Below, piece after piece: positions 27,610 to 38,241 of a DNA stretch of 40,246 bases (positions within the stretch are counted from its first letter, which is position 1; every line of letters begins with the position of its first letter). A model generated the notes under the pieces. It saw only the letters and a program-made list of their open reading frames with translations. It was not told the DNA's origin and did not search any database. A program made the translations under genes and the position numbers. Source of the DNA: Desulfonema limicola (lineage in GTDB: Bacteria > Desulfobacterota > Desulfobacteria > Desulfobacterales > DYRC01); assembly GCA_020718925.1 (NCBI GenBank), contig DYRC01000003.1, positions 1 through 40,246 of the forward strand. Direction: 5' to 3'.

Positions 27610-28929
27610 TTATTCCTGCTTTTCTTCATTGGCATCGGGCTTAAATTCGTCAATTTTTCCATGCTCGATGATTAGTCTGATAGCGCGTTTTTCAAGCAGC
27701 GTATGTTTGAGATATTCGAGTTTATCTTTGTTTTCCCGATAATAATCCCGAATATGATCCACCGGCTGCCCGAAGGTCTGCGCCATATCCTGATAAGCGA
27801 CCTGCATCTCTTCATCTGACAACTCAAATTTTTCCTGCTCAATGATTTTTGAGAGAATCAGATGTCGTTTCACCTGTTTTACAGCAAGATCATGATATTT
27901 TTCACTCAGATGCTCCCGCGTCAAGCCCAACTGTTCGGCTGAGGTGTTGTGATACTGAAATGTCCCTTCAATCTCCGCCAGAATGCCGTCCAATTCATAG
28001 TTAATCATTACTTCAGGCACTTCAAAACTCTGTCTTTCAATCAGCGTCTGAAAAATCTGCTCCTGAATATCCTGATCTGCCCGCTTTTCATATCGGTGAT
28101 TCAAATCCCTGAGAATATCAGCTTTCAATTCTTCCAAAGTCTGATACTTGCCGAACTGCTTTGCAAAATCATCATCTATTTCAGGAAGAATTTCTTTTCT
28201 GATTTCTTTGAGCGTTACTTTGAAATCAACGGTTTTCCCGGATAATGCGGGATTTTTATACTCATCGGGAAATGTAATCGTGATGTCCTTACATTGTCCG
28301 GGCGTCATCCCGACAACCTGCTCATCAAGCGTCTGGGTGATTGCGCCCACGCCGAGTTTCATGATGTAATTATCGGTTTTCTGAACTTCCGGCAGCATTT
28401 TTCCGTCCTGAAAGCCTTCATAATCTATCATTGCCAGATCGCCATCTGCAATCGGACGCTGCTCGGTTATCGGCTCCTGTTTTGCCAGATTACGCTGAAG
28501 CATTTTAAGCTGAAGCTCAAGTTCTTCATCTTTAACCTGATAAACCGCCTTTTTAAGCGGCAATCCCTTGAAATCAATCTCTTCCAAATCCGGGCTGACT
28601 TCAACGGTCGCGCTGTACGCGTAAGGTTTCTGAGATTCCAATTCCGGAGGATTGATCTGCGGACTGCCGATAACTTTCAAGCCTTTTTCAATAATCGCAT
28701 TGGTAAGAGATTCCTGAATCAGTTTTGAGGATATATCCGCGTTCACATCTTTTTTGAACATCCGCTCCAACACAGAACGAGGCACTTTACCCGGACGAAA
28801 TCCCTTGATTTTGGCGTTCTGTTTCATGTCCGAGTACGCGGTCTCTATTTCGCGCGTAACATCTTGCTCAGGAATTTCAATATGCAGGATTTTTTTTACA
28901 CTGCTGACATCTTCCACACTGACTTGCAT
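27610..28929 (-). CDS. tig: Trigger factor
   Basis: GFRPGKVP signature, FKBP domain and tig-clpP-clpX-lon synteny. Confidence 0.96.
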   Translation of the reverse strand: MQVSVEDVSSVKKILHIEIPEQDVTREIETAYSDMKQNAKIKGFRPGKVPRSVLERMFKKDVNADISSKLIQESLTNAIIEKGLKVIGSPQINPPELESQKPYAYSATVEVSPDLEEIDFKGLPLKKAVYQVKDEELELQLKMLQRNLAKQEPITEQRPIADGDLAMIDYEGFQDGKMLPEVQKTDNYIMKLGVGAITQTLDEQVVGMTPGQCKDITITFPDEYKNPALSGKTVDFKVTLKEIRKEILPEIDDDFAKQFGKYQTLEELKADILRDLNHRYEKRADQDIQEQIFQTLIERQSFEVPEVMINYELDGILAEIEGTFQYHNTSAEQLGLTREHLSEKYHDLAVKQVKRHLILSKIIEQEKFELSDEEMQVAYQDMAQTFGQPVDHIRDYYRENKDKLEYLKHTLLEKRAIRLIIEHGKIDEFKPDANEEKQE

Positions 28930-28953
28930 TGAGGGTCCTTTCTGAATAAATCA

Positions 28954-28985
28954 GATGCCTGAAGCTGCTCTTATCTTCAGGCATC
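28954..28985 (-). terminator. Hairpin downstream of tRNA-Leu (possible weak terminator)
   Basis: Perfect 11-bp stem GATGCCTGAAG/CTTCAGGCATC with a 10-nt loop; only a weak U-tract. Confidence 0.5.
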
Positions 28986-28998
28986 ATGGTGATTCTGG

Positions 28999-29085
28999 TG
29001 GTGCGAAAGGGGAGACTTGAACTCCCATTCCGTCGCCGGAGCCGGATCCTAAGTCCGGTGCGTCTGCCAATTCCGCCACTCTCGC
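28999..29085 (-). tRNA. tRNA-Leu (anticodon TAG)
   Basis: Acceptor GCGAGAG/CTTTCGC, anticodon arm CCGGA-CTTAGGA-TCCGG, long variable arm, GTTCAAGT T-loop and encoded CCA. Confidence 0.96.
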
Positions 29086-29110
29086 TGATGAATTTTGTGA
29101 ATAATTCTTA

Positions 29111-29139
29111 AAATTAATATTAAATTGTAATCATGTCAA
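29111..29139 (-). promoter_or_regulatory. Putative sigma70 promoter for tRNA-Leu/tig
   Basis: TTGACA (29134-29139), 17 nt, TAATTT (29111-29116). Confidence 0.6.
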
Positions 29140-29302
29140 GGAATTTTAAAGGGCAGTGTTGAGCAACCTGATTTAAAAGCTTTATCCTGTTAATAACCGC
29201 TTTCTTCTTGACAGTTGAGGGCGGAGTGTCATAAAAGCTGCTTGAATCCTTTTAAGTCCTGTATGGTATGAACTCTGAAAAACATAAGGAACTTTCAAAC
29301 TC

Positions 29303-29791
29303 ATGGAACGAATTGCAATATATCCGGGGTCTTTTGATCCGGTAACCAACGGACATTTGGATATTGTCGAAAGAGGACTCAAAATTTTCGATAAAATCAT
29401 CGTAACCATTCTGCATAATCCGGCAAAAACCACGCTCTTTAATGTGAGTGAGCGGCTGGAGATGCTCAGAACAAGCATTGAGAAATTCCCGAATGCGGAA
29501 ATTGACAGCTTTAACGGGCTGCTGGTGGATTATGTGGTTCAACGCAAGGCGCACGCTATTCTGCGCGGAATGCGGGCAGTATCGGATTTTGAATTTGAAT
29601 TTCAGATGGCACTGATGAACCGCCGACTGAACCGTGAAATTCAGACGGTATTTTTAATGACAGGCTTGCGCTGGATATTTACCAGCTCTTCGATTATCAA
29701 GGAAGCATCCCGCTTCGGAGGCGATATTTCAGATATGGTGCCGCCGATAGTTCACCAGAAACTCAATGAAAAATTCGGATTTACCCGGTAA
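29303..29791 (+). CDS. coaD: Phosphopantetheine adenylyltransferase
   Basis: YPGSFDPVTNGHLD, RGMRAVSDFEFE, SSSIIKE. Confidence 0.97.
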   Translation: MERIAIYPGSFDPVTNGHLDIVERGLKIFDKIIVTILHNPAKTTLFNVSERLEMLRTSIEKFPNAEIDSFNGLLVDYVVQRKAHAILRGMRAVSDFEFEFQMALMNRRLNREIQTVFLMTGLRWIFTSSSIIKEASRFGGDISDMVPPIVHQKLNEKFGFTR

Positions 29792-29798
29792 TATCATT

Positions 29799-30710
29799 AT
29801 GGATTTATGGCAGTTACACATATTCTGCAAAGTGGTTGAACTCAGAAGCTTCTCAAAAGCGGCAAAAGCCGTCCGCTTGTCTCAGCCGACGGTCAGCACA
29901 CATATTCAGGAATTGGAAGCACATTTCAAAACCCGCCTGATTGACCGCTCATCACGAGAAGCGCATACCACAAAAGCAGGTCAGATTCTGTATGCGTATG
30001 CCCGCAAGATACTTGCTTTGCGCGATGAAACAGAAACAGCGGTCGCCGAATTTCAGGGAGAAATCCGGGGACGCCTGATTATCGGCGGCAGCACGATTCC
30101 GGGCGCGTATCTTCTGCCCCGCATGATCAGCCAATTTATCAGAGAATATCCCGATGTAACCATTTCTTTATATATCGGAGACACGGAAAAAATCATCAAT
30201 GATATTATTTCCGGCGTATCGGAATTGGGCGTGGTGGGCGCTAAAACCGGCGATAGAAAAGTTGTTCAGGAAATGCTTGCAGATGATGAACTGCGGCTGG
30301 TGGTATGGGCGGATCATCCCTGGGCATCAGAAGAATCTGTCAGTTCGGAAATGCTGATGACAGCGCCGTTTATTATGAGAGAACAAGGCTCAGGTACGCT
30401 CAAATCGCTTAAAGAAAGTATTCGCAGCGCGGGCTATGATATGGATGATTTTAAGATTGTGGCTGAAATGGGCAGCACTGAGGCGGTGGTTCAGGGAATC
30501 AAAGCCCGGTTAGGCGTGTCCATTCTTTCCGTCATTGCGGTATCCGAAGAAATAGCCTCCGGCGCATTAAAAGCCATCTCAATTAAAGGCTTGAATCTCA
30601 AACGAAGTTTTTATCTGACAACTCCCAAACAGCGAAGTCCGTCTCCGCTGGCTGAGGCGTTTATCAGCTTTATCCGCAGAAAACTCACTCATGCGTCTTT
30701 TTTGCCATAA
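29799..30710 (+). CDS. LysR-family regulator (CysL-like subgroup)
   Basis: SFSKAAKAVRLSQPTVS HTH, GSTIPGAY and REQGSGT. Start set at MDLWQL. Confidence 0.9.
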   Translation: MDLWQLHIFCKVVELRSFSKAAKAVRLSQPTVSTHIQELEAHFKTRLIDRSSREAHTTKAGQILYAYARKILALRDETETAVAEFQGEIRGRLIIGGSTIPGAYLLPRMISQFIREYPDVTISLYIGDTEKIINDIISGVSELGVVGAKTGDRKVVQEMLADDELRLVVWADHPWASEESVSSEMLMTAPFIMREQGSGTLKSLKESIRSAGYDMDDFKIVAEMGSTEAVVQGIKARLGVSILSVIAVSEEIASGALKAISIKGLNLKRSFYLTTPKQRSPSPLAEAFISFIRRKLTHASFLP

Positions 30711-31380
30711 TATCAGCTTCAGATACCCGAATGCTGAAAATGATGTGTTCAGAAATCTTTCCTATCAGATTTCAGAGCCGGGATTCAACGCGCTTTTCGG
30801 ACCTTCGGGCGTGGGGAAAACCTCGTTTGCCCGAATCATCTCCGGAGAAATCAAAAACTTTTCAGGAGAAATCAGCAGCCAAGGCATTGCCCGCATTGCA
30901 TATTCTTACAATCTTGAACGCCTGCCGGGCTGGTCCGGCGTAGGAACGCACATAGAGCAAAATATTCCGCCCGCTCAGAAACGCTTAAAAGACGAGCTGA
31001 TTAACGTATTCGGGCTTGAAAACTGCATTCACCTCCGATTTTCTCAGTTGTCTATGGGACAGAAAAACCGCGTCAATCTGCTTCGCTATCTGCTTGAAGG
31101 CTTTGATCTGCTGATTATGGATGAAAGCCTTGCCAATGTGGATGAGCAGACCAGAGAAACCATTATTCTCAAAATCAAAGAAATCTTTCCTGAAACGCTG
31201 TTTTTATATATTTCGCACAACGTGATCGAAGTCTCGAAATTCTGCAAAGACATTCTGGTCTTCCGGGGGCATGAAAAAAGCCCGCTTATGGTTCGGGGAC
31301 AAAATCTGAGAGCCGGACAAGCCTTAAATCAATCCGTGCTGGATAAAACCATGCTGGAGATTATGAATGCTTCTGTTTAG
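30691..31380 (+). CDS. ABC transporter ATP-binding protein (divergent)
   Basis: Walker A GPSGVGKT, LSMGQ signature, Walker B LLIMDE and H-loop ISH. Confidence 0.85.
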   Translation: MRLFCHNISFRYPNAENDVFRNLSYQISEPGFNALFGPSGVGKTSFARIISGEIKNFSGEISSQGIARIAYSYNLERLPGWSGVGTHIEQNIPPAQKRLKDELINVFGLENCIHLRFSQLSMGQKNRVNLLRYLLEGFDLLIMDESLANVDEQTRETIILKIKEIFPETLFLYISHNVIEVSKFCKDILVFRGHEKSPLMVRGQNLRAGQALNQSVLDKTMLEIMNASV

Positions 31381-32113
31381 ACGGATATATCAGTTTCTCA
31401 TTATCTACGCTTTGGGAATTGCCTTTTTACTTCTGCTCAAATACGGGCTGAGGCTATCCGATTACGTGATTCCTGGTCCCATAGAGATTTGGCGGATATT
31501 CGGCGAAGTATTCAGAAACTATTTCGGCGATGTGATGAATACGCTTTCGGTCTCTGTTATCGGACAGATTGCGTCAATCTGCATGGCATTTTTTGTGGGA
31601 ATTTTGGGGCGGCAGACCTCGTGGTTCGGCTCGTTTGTCAAAGTGGCGGCTTATAATATTCAGGCATATCCGATTGTTGCGATTGCGCCGATAATCTTTA
31701 TCCTGCTCGGAGACGGATTTGTCTCCCGGCTTCTGATTGCCGCCATGATTTGTTATTTTCCGCTGCTCTTATCCGTGCTGGGCATTATGTCAGAACCGAT
31801 TGATGATATTGAACATTTTTACCGAGTTACCGGGCGGATGCGCTGGCAGCTTGAAATCAGAATCCGGGCGTATGAAAACTTAAGCAAGCTGACTACGGTG
31901 ATTTCAGGCAGCGCAACGCTGGCAATGGCAGGCACAATTGTTGCCGAATTTATTGCAGCAAATGAAGGAATCGGGTATAGTATCCGGGTCGCGTTGTATC
32001 AGAGCGATTTATCAAAAGTTTTAGCCGCGCTGTTTTTAATCGGAATCACATTGTCCGTGTATCAGGGGCTTTTGGAACTGATCGGGCATTATATCAAAGA
32101 AAAATTGAAATAA
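31367..32113 (+). CDS. ABC transporter permease, SsuC/TauC-like
   Basis: About six TMs; PIVAIAPI and IVAEFIAANEGIG. Confidence 0.8.
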   Translation: MLLFRRIYQFLIIYALGIAFLLLLKYGLRLSDYVIPGPIEIWRIFGEVFRNYFGDVMNTLSVSVIGQIASICMAFFVGILGRQTSWFGSFVKVAAYNIQAYPIVAIAPIIFILLGDGFVSRLLIAAMICYFPLLLSVLGIMSEPIDDIEHFYRVTGRMRWQLEIRIRAYENLSKLTTVISGSATLAMAGTIVAEFIAANEGIGYSIRVALYQSDLSKVLAALFLIGITLSVYQGLLELIGHYIKEKLK

Positions 32114-32117
32114 AACT

Positions 32118-33347
32118 ATGACGGACGCCTCACAGAAAATATATACGATTTCACAGCTTAGTGCTGATATTAAGGAAATTTTGGAAAACCGATTCCCGTT
32201 TATCTGGGTCTGCGGCGAGATTTCCAATTTCCGCATTCCGGCATCCGGACATTTTTATTTCACCTTGAAAGATGAATTATCGCAAATCAGCGCGATGATG
32301 TTCCGGGGGCAGAACCGCAGCCTGAAATTCATGCCTGAAGACGGCATGACGGTGACGGGGCTGGGCAGACTCAGTCTGTATGAACCCAGAGGCACATATC
32401 AGGTTATTTTTGAATATTTGGAACCCAAAGGACTTGGCGCGCTGCAAGCCTCTTTTGAGCAACTGAAAGCCCGCCTGAGTGCCGAAGGTCTGTTTGATGA
32501 AGAACATAAAAAGCCGATTCCGTTTCTGCCCAAAAAGATTGCTGTGATTACATCTCCTACCGGCGCAGTGATTCACGACATCATCAATATTGTCAGCCGC
32601 CGCTTTGCCAATGTGCATATTGAAATATTTCCGGTCAGAGTTCAGGGAGAAGGCGCGGCGCAGGAGATTGTCTCAGCAATTCAATTGATGAATCTTCGGG
32701 CAGATGCGGATGTGGCGATTTTAGCCAGAGGCGGCGGGTCTTTGGAAGATTTGAGCGCGTTCAATACGGAAATGGTGTCCAGAGCCATCTTTGCTTCAAA
32801 AATTCCCATGATTTCAGCGGTGGGGCATGAAACAGATTTTACCATTGCAGATTTTGCGGCAGATATGCGCGCGCCGACACCTTCGGCTGCCGCAGAGCTT
32901 GTGGTGCCGCTTAAAGATGAACTGAAGCGCAGAATTTCGGAACTTGAGAGCGCGTTGAAACATCGGATTTACGCTCAGATTGAACGCTATCGCCATATAT
33001 TGAGCGATATGTCAAAACGGCTGATTCATCCCAAAAAGAATATTCAGATGCTGCGCCTCAAGCTTGATGAGATTACAGAACGGCTGATTTTTCAGATGAA
33101 CAAAGAACTTCAGCAGCAGCGCGAGCGATTGTTATGGAAAACTGACAGATTGAACATTTTAAGCGTTTTTACGGTACTATCACGCGGATACGGCATTGTC
33201 CGAACAGTTCCGAAAGCGGTGATTGTCAAAGATTCGGATGCGGTGGAGATTGGCGGGGAAATTGAAATTCTGCTTGAAAAGGGCGCACTGCGGTGCAGGG
33301 TGGAAGGAAAATCATCATGGCAAAACAAACTTATGAAAAAGCCTTGA
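32118..33347 (+). CDS. xseA: Exodeoxyribonuclease VII large subunit
   Basis: SGHFYFTLKD, ITSPTGA, RGGGSLEDL, GHETD, APTPSAAAE. Confidence 0.97.
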   Translation: MTDASQKIYTISQLSADIKEILENRFPFIWVCGEISNFRIPASGHFYFTLKDELSQISAMMFRGQNRSLKFMPEDGMTVTGLGRLSLYEPRGTYQVIFEYLEPKGLGALQASFEQLKARLSAEGLFDEEHKKPIPFLPKKIAVITSPTGAVIHDIINIVSRRFANVHIEIFPVRVQGEGAAQEIVSAIQLMNLRADADVAILARGGGSLEDLSAFNTEMVSRAIFASKIPMISAVGHETDFTIADFAADMRAPTPSAAAELVVPLKDELKRRISELESALKHRIYAQIERYRHILSDMSKRLIHPKKNIQMLRLKLDEITERLIFQMNKELQQQRERLLWKTDRLNILSVFTVLSRGYGIVRTVPKAVIVKDSDAVEIGGEIEILLEKGALRCRVEGKSSWQNKLMKKP

Positions 33348-33532
33348 AAAATTTGGAAGATATTGTCAAAGAAATTGAATCCGGAGATTTGCCGCTTGAG
33401 CAGGCGATCAGAAAATTTGAAGAAGGCATCCGGCTTTCCAAGTTCTGCTCTCAGCTTTTGGATGAGACTGAGCAGAAAATCACGATATTGTTAAAAGATT
33501 CAGACGGGAATATTTCAGAAGAGCAGCGATGA
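33317..33532 (+). CDS. xseB: Exodeoxyribonuclease VII small subunit
   Basis: YEKALKNLEDIV..IESGDLPLE...FEEG; ATG at 33317 with SD. Confidence 0.93.
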   Translation: MAKQTYEKALKNLEDIVKEIESGDLPLEQAIRKFEEGIRLSKFCSQLLDETEQKITILLKDSDGNISEEQR

Positions 33533-36243
33533 TGCTGAAGTCTTATGACAACGACATTGAAGATTTGGCGGTAGTTTGCGCGCACAGCGGTATAAAAAAA
33601 GATCGGGAAAATCGGATTTATGCGATTTCCGCCACCATTATCCGCCCGGATGCGTCAGGACAGGAATTTTCTTCATTGGTGCGTTACGCGCATTTCAGCG
33701 CAAGAGAGCGATATTATTCCAATCTTTCCAAAGATGCGGTTCTTTCCGCTCCTAAAGTTGATCAGGTTCAATCTGAGCTTGAGACATTTCTTCAGGGACA
33801 TCAATTTATCCTTGTTTCAGATAATCGGGGCAATATCAATGCGGTACAGAAATTTTGCGGACATCGCCGTGTGATTGATCTCGGATTTGCCGCCGAGTTT
33901 TTTCTGCCCTTTATGGAGTCGTTCACCCCCAAGCGAATGTGGGAATATCTTTTTAAAAAACAGCGCGATAAAATGAGATTTTCAAGCTCTGAAATCGTGT
34001 ATCTGTCGGTCGCGCTGATCCGGCATATCTGCGGCACGAGTCTGAATGACAAAACCACGCCATCCGCGCCTGCTATCCGCTATTATCTGAATAAAAGTAA
34101 CACGTTGTTCGGAAAATTCTTTGTTCATATTGCCAAAAATTTCAAGCGGTATTTCGGGGGAATGTTTGATCCCTGCACAATTCATGATACCGGGAGATGG
34201 AAAACTTTTCTGAAAAAAGCCGCTTCTGCTTCCCGTAAAAAAGAAAGCGATACTTCTCATAAACCCGTTTCGGCGGAAATGATTGATCAGATATTCCGGC
34301 AGATGGCAGAGTCCGGCAGGGGCTACAAATTTCGTCCTGAGCAGTCGGAATATGCCCGCCATGTTGCAGACGCCTTGAATGACGCGGCAATTCTGACCAT
34401 CGAAGCCGGAACCGGAACTGGGAAAACGCAAGGCTATCTCATTCCGGTGCTGGAATTTCTGCGCCTCAATCCCAAAGCAAAAATTGCCATTTCCACCTAC
34501 ACCAAAAGCCTTCAGGAGCAGATTTTTGAGCGTGAACTCGCCCTGACCAAAGAAATTTTCAAGGATTTGTACCGCGATATTTCCGTAACCCTGCTCAAAG
34601 GAAAATCCGGCTATATCTGCGCCCAGAAGTTGGATAATGTGTATGAAGAAGATATGTCCGGCGAAAAGCTGCTGTCATGGTTATATTTTGTCAATATTGT
34701 GTTTCATTTCCGCCATGCAGACCGGGATTCGGTGGGCGAAAAAATACGATTTTATTTAAATAATCCGTATTTCAGGCAGTTATTCAGTGCGACATCGGCA
34801 AGAACCGGCTGTACTGCCGGGCATTTTCTGTGTCCGGCTCAGGTCATCACCGCCGAAGCACAATCGGCAAATCTGATTATCACCAATCATCATAAATTGG
34901 CATTGCTGGATACTGATCCCTTGCTGGTCGGACTTTTCAGAAATTATGTGATTGATGAAGCCAATCATTTTGAACATGCGGTCAGAAACGCGCTCGGTGA
35001 TGAAATTTTTTCAGCAGAAATCGCGGATACGCTTGATTATCTTGATCCTGCGGCAAGCCGCATTTCGGAAAAAGCATCCGGCGCTCATGTTCAAAGCATC
35101 AGAGACGCTCTGTCAAAAATCAGCATCGCCCGCACAAGCATGGCTGAGTTGAGAACCATGCTAGGCAGCATTGCGCCCAATGCCCAGCCCGGAATGGTCT
35201 GCGAACTTGAAACTTCTCACCCTGTTTTCAGAGACGGCGCAATCAGCAACGCATCAGATAATCTCAAATCTGCATTAAAAGACATTGTTAAATCATTGGA
35301 ATTTATCAAAGATGCGGATGAGAGCCGGATGCTTAAAATTGTGTCACGGACAGCAGAGCGCATGAAAAGTGCTATCAATCAACTGACCGAATACGCTGAC
35401 GCGCTGAATACCATTCAGGAAAGCTTCAAATCTCACAATACCGTGATTTCGTATCAGGTCTTTGCCAAAAATTGGATACTGACTTCTCAGCAGGTCGAGG
35501 TCGGCGACACGATTCGGCGTCATATTTATGAAAAAAAAGACTGCGTTGTTTATACTGCCGCGACTCTGTGCTATAAAGAAAGCTTTGATAATTTCAAAGA
35601 AATATGCGGCATGAATCAGCCGTTATCTCCGGAAATTGACGATGAAACATTGCCGAAAGAGTTTCGTTTTGCCATTATTGATTCGCCGTTTTCCAAAGAT
35701 GCGATGGAAATTATCGTTCATGATAAAGCAGTCAGCGGCGCGTTCGGCAACAAAGCTGCCTGGCTTAATGCGGTTACAGAACTTTTGCCGGAGCTGATCC
35801 GAAAAAACAAGGGCAGAACGCTGGTGCTATTTTCAAGTTACAGTGATTTGAATACGGTAAAAGAGCGCGTGGAGGCGTCTGTCAAAAATACGACATATCC
35901 CCTGCTGATTCAGCAGAACAGTTCTCCGACCGCCAATTTATGCGAAGAATTCAGAGACATCAGAGAAAGTGTGTTGTTCGGCGTGGATACTTTTTGGTAT
36001 GGTGTTGATTTCAAAGGAGATACTTTAACACAGGTAGTTATCACCCGGATTCCGTATCCATCGCCTTATGACGCGCTTCAGATGGCGCGGAAAAAAAGCC
36101 TGAGTGCGAAAGGATATTGGAATCGCTATCATTATGACACGCATATCAAGCTCAGACAAGGCATAGGAAGGCTGATCCGTTCTGAAACAGATCGGGGCAA
36201 AGTCATTATTCTGGATTCACGGTTTAAAACCGATACCCTTTGA
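33529..36243 (+). CDS. DinG/YoaA-family helicase with degenerate N-terminal exonuclease-like domain
   Basis: Q motif RPEQ, EAGTGTGKT, IITNH, DEAN, LVLFSSY, FWYGVD, QGIGRLIR. Confidence 0.88.
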   Translation: MMLKSYDNDIEDLAVVCAHSGIKKDRENRIYAISATIIRPDASGQEFSSLVRYAHFSARERYYSNLSKDAVLSAPKVDQVQSELETFLQGHQFILVSDNRGNINAVQKFCGHRRVIDLGFAAEFFLPFMESFTPKRMWEYLFKKQRDKMRFSSSEIVYLSVALIRHICGTSLNDKTTPSAPAIRYYLNKSNTLFGKFFVHIAKNFKRYFGGMFDPCTIHDTGRWKTFLKKAASASRKKESDTSHKPVSAEMIDQIFRQMAESGRGYKFRPEQSEYARHVADALNDAAILTIEAGTGTGKTQGYLIPVLEFLRLNPKAKIAISTYTKSLQEQIFERELALTKEIFKDLYRDISVTLLKGKSGYICAQKLDNVYEEDMSGEKLLSWLYFVNIVFHFRHADRDSVGEKIRFYLNNPYFRQLFSATSARTGCTAGHFLCPAQVITAEAQSANLIITNHHKLALLDTDPLLVGLFRNYVIDEANHFEHAVRNALGDEIFSAEIADTLDYLDPAASRISEKASGAHVQSIRDALSKISIARTSMAELRTMLGSIAPNAQPGMVCELETSHPVFRDGAISNASDNLKSALKDIVKSLEFIKDADESRMLKIVSRTAERMKSAINQLTEYADALNTIQESFKSHNTVISYQVFAKNWILTSQQVEVGDTIRRHIYEKKDCVVYTAATLCYKESFDNFKEICGMNQPLSPEIDDETLPKEFRFAIIDSPFSKDAMEIIVHDKAVSGAFGNKAAWLNAVTELLPELIRKNKGRTLVLFSSYSDLNTVKERVEASVKNTTYPLLIQQNSSPTANLCEEFRDIRESVLFGVDTFWYGVDFKGDTLTQVVITRIPYPSPYDALQMARKKSLSAKGYWNRYHYDTHIKLRQGIGRLIRSETDRGKVIILDSRFKTDTL

Positions 36244-36256
36244 AGGAGGATATAAC

Positions 36257-36679
36257 ATGCGTAAACTTCTTGTTATTCTGATGATATTGGTATTTTCGGA
36301 TTCATCGGCGTTTGCGGAAATATTTTCGTGGACTGATGAGAAAGGCGTTAAGCATTACAGCACCACCCCGCCAGATGACAAAGACAATTACCGAAAAAGC
36401 AGTGAAGTTCCTTACAATGCCCAAGAAGACGAAGCGCAGGCGCAGGCATATCAGCAATGGCTTGATCAGAAGCAGCGGGAAGAATCCGAAAAAGCTCTTG
36501 AAAAAGAAAAACAGGCGGAGGAAAAGAAGAAAGAACAGGAGAAAAAAACTCAGGAAGGGGCTGAAAAAGCAAAGCCTCCGGCTGATACGGAAAAGGCGCA
36601 GGTTGAAGGTGAGAAGCCTCAGACAGAAACCGAACAACCCCCGCCACAGAATCAGCAAAAGAGACGCAGGACTTTCTGA
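36257..36679 (+). CDS. DUF4124-like exported protein
   Basis: Signal peptide, then IFSWTDEKGVKHYSTTPP, then a charged low-complexity tail. Confidence 0.8.
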   Translation: MRKLLVILMILVFSDSSAFAEIFSWTDEKGVKHYSTTPPDDKDNYRKSSEVPYNAQEDEAQAQAYQQWLDQKQREESEKALEKEKQAEEKKKEQEKKTQEGAEKAKPPADTEKAQVEGEKPQTETEQPPPQNQQKRRRTF

Positions 36680-36706
36680 GTATCAGAAATGGATAACAGG
36701 CTTGAT

Positions 36707-37993
36707 TTATACCGCATAACGATAACCGTCTGCTTTTTGGATTACCTTGCAGTATTTATGAGAGAGTTCCAACCGTGTTCTGCCTTCAACCGGCATGTGA
36801 AAGATACCTGAAGCTCTTACGGTGATTCGTCCCGAATATATTCCCGCGTTTTTTCCTTTTGTAATAAAGGCTTTGACCATATCACCGGTCTGAAAACCGA
36901 AGAATGACTTCTGTCCGGTTCTGTGTCTGATAGGAAATCCGTATTTATCCGTTTGGCAGATCTGCCGAGTACCGAATCCCATAGCTCTGATCTGCAATGA
37001 TCCGATTCCGTCTGTCTTCAGAGTTTCGGGAGTACTCAATCCCACACATGCGGCATCTGCCCAGTGGGTTTTCGATAATGAACGCTGAATTCTGTTGAAT
37101 TTCGTCAGTCCGCCGCTTCCTGCTTCTACCGGACATCCGAATGATTTCAATCTTCCGAATAACGCCCATCGGGTAGCATTGACCGCCGCCGCATCTTTTA
37201 ACGGAGCTTTTGCCTGTGCTTTGATCTTTTTCAGCACTTCCGGCTTTTTCTTCAGAAAATCCTCTACGGGCTTATTGCCTTTTTTCTCATTACATGAACG
37301 GCAGGACAGCGTAAGATTGCTGATTCTGTCAGACCCGCCGCTGCTTCTCGGATTGATATGTTCGATTTCCAAAGGAACATCTTTCTTTCCGCAATAAGCG
37401 CATGTCCGCCGCCACTTTTCAAGCAGATATTCCCTGCACTCATATCCGGCAAGCGTTCCCTGCTGATATTCAACGCCGGAAATTTCAGGGTTTTCCATTT
37501 TCTGCGTATCAAACCGCACAAGTTCCTGAGAAATCGCCTGAATCGGAGATATTTTAATCAGACGCCGAATCCATGTTTCAACATTGGCAATGCGGCTTTC
37601 CAATGAAGGCGGCAGCCATCCTTTTTTGCGGGTACGGTTCATAAATCGCGGCTTGCGATAACGGGTATTCCGGTTTCTTCGTGATCGTCTGATTGCCCTT
37701 CTGCTCTCCAGACTGTCTCTGACTCTCTGACCACGATGTTCTATCTCCGCTGCAAAAACAACTTCTCCTGAAATATCATTGACAATCGCAAGCCCTGTCT
37801 TTTTGCTTCCCGGATCAATTTTGACTCTCAGCGGCATGGGTGAGGCATCAGGCACTTCGTGTTTCAGAATAATCGTGAACGGAAATCTGCGGAATACCGC
37901 CGCTTTTCCCTGTTTCAGCAATTCCCTTGCACGTTTCGGTCTGCATGGCGTCAATGTTCTGTTTTTCGTGTCTGTTACAAAAACTCTCTGCAT
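36707..37993 (-). CDS. iscB: IscB RNA-guided endonuclease (OMEGA, IS200/IS605 superfamily)
   Basis: PLMP-like N-terminus (TLTPC..RAR.LL), RuvC-I IDPGSK, RRxRR bridge helix, RuvC-II QELVRFD, HNH CAYC...EHINPRSSGGS...NLTLSCRSCN and RuvC-III HWADA. Confidence 0.95.
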   Translation of the reverse strand: MQRVFVTDTKNRTLTPCRPKRARELLKQGKAAVFRRFPFTIILKHEVPDASPMPLRVKIDPGSKKTGLAIVNDISGEVVFAAEIEHRGQRVRDSLESRRAIRRSRRNRNTRYRKPRFMNRTRKKGWLPPSLESRIANVETWIRRLIKISPIQAISQELVRFDTQKMENPEISGVEYQQGTLAGYECREYLLEKWRRTCAYCGKKDVPLEIEHINPRSSGGSDRISNLTLSCRSCNEKKGNKPVEDFLKKKPEVLKKIKAQAKAPLKDAAAVNATRWALFGRLKSFGCPVEAGSGGLTKFNRIQRSLSKTHWADAACVGLSTPETLKTDGIGSLQIRAMGFGTRQICQTDKYGFPIRHRTGQKSFFGFQTGDMVKAFITKGKNAGIYSGRITVRASGIFHMPVEGRTRLELSHKYCKVIQKADGYRYAV

Positions 37994-38241
37994 TTTTTAA
38001 AAGCTCCTTTAAGAGCATCAGCCTTGCGGCTGTAATGTTTGCCTCGCCAATGTTATAACGGCTTTTTACGCTCGGCACACTGACTTCACCTCTTTCATCT
38101 GTTTAATACCGAACAACAGAGCATAGAACTGGCAGGCATTCTATGGTGTTATGACCGAAATAACGTAGTTCTTTTCAGAACTCAGGCTGGTCACACATAG
38201 GACTCTCTCAAGCCCTTCGCGCAGGCGCGTGAGGGTGTGAC
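37994..38241 (-). ncRNA. omegaRNA (HEARO-like) scaffold upstream of iscB
   Basis: The minus strand begins GTCA...GGGCTTG, then GTGTGACCAGCCTGAG, CTACGTT, CCAGT...CTCTG, TAAACAG and CATTGGCGAGG, as in IscB-associated RNAs. Confidence 0.85.

Noticed and set aside
28996..29001. tRNA-Leu gene ends in CCACCA
   Set aside because: A 3-nt coincidence in the trailer that normal 3' processing would remove. No duplicated tRNA 3' end (att site) was seen in the window.
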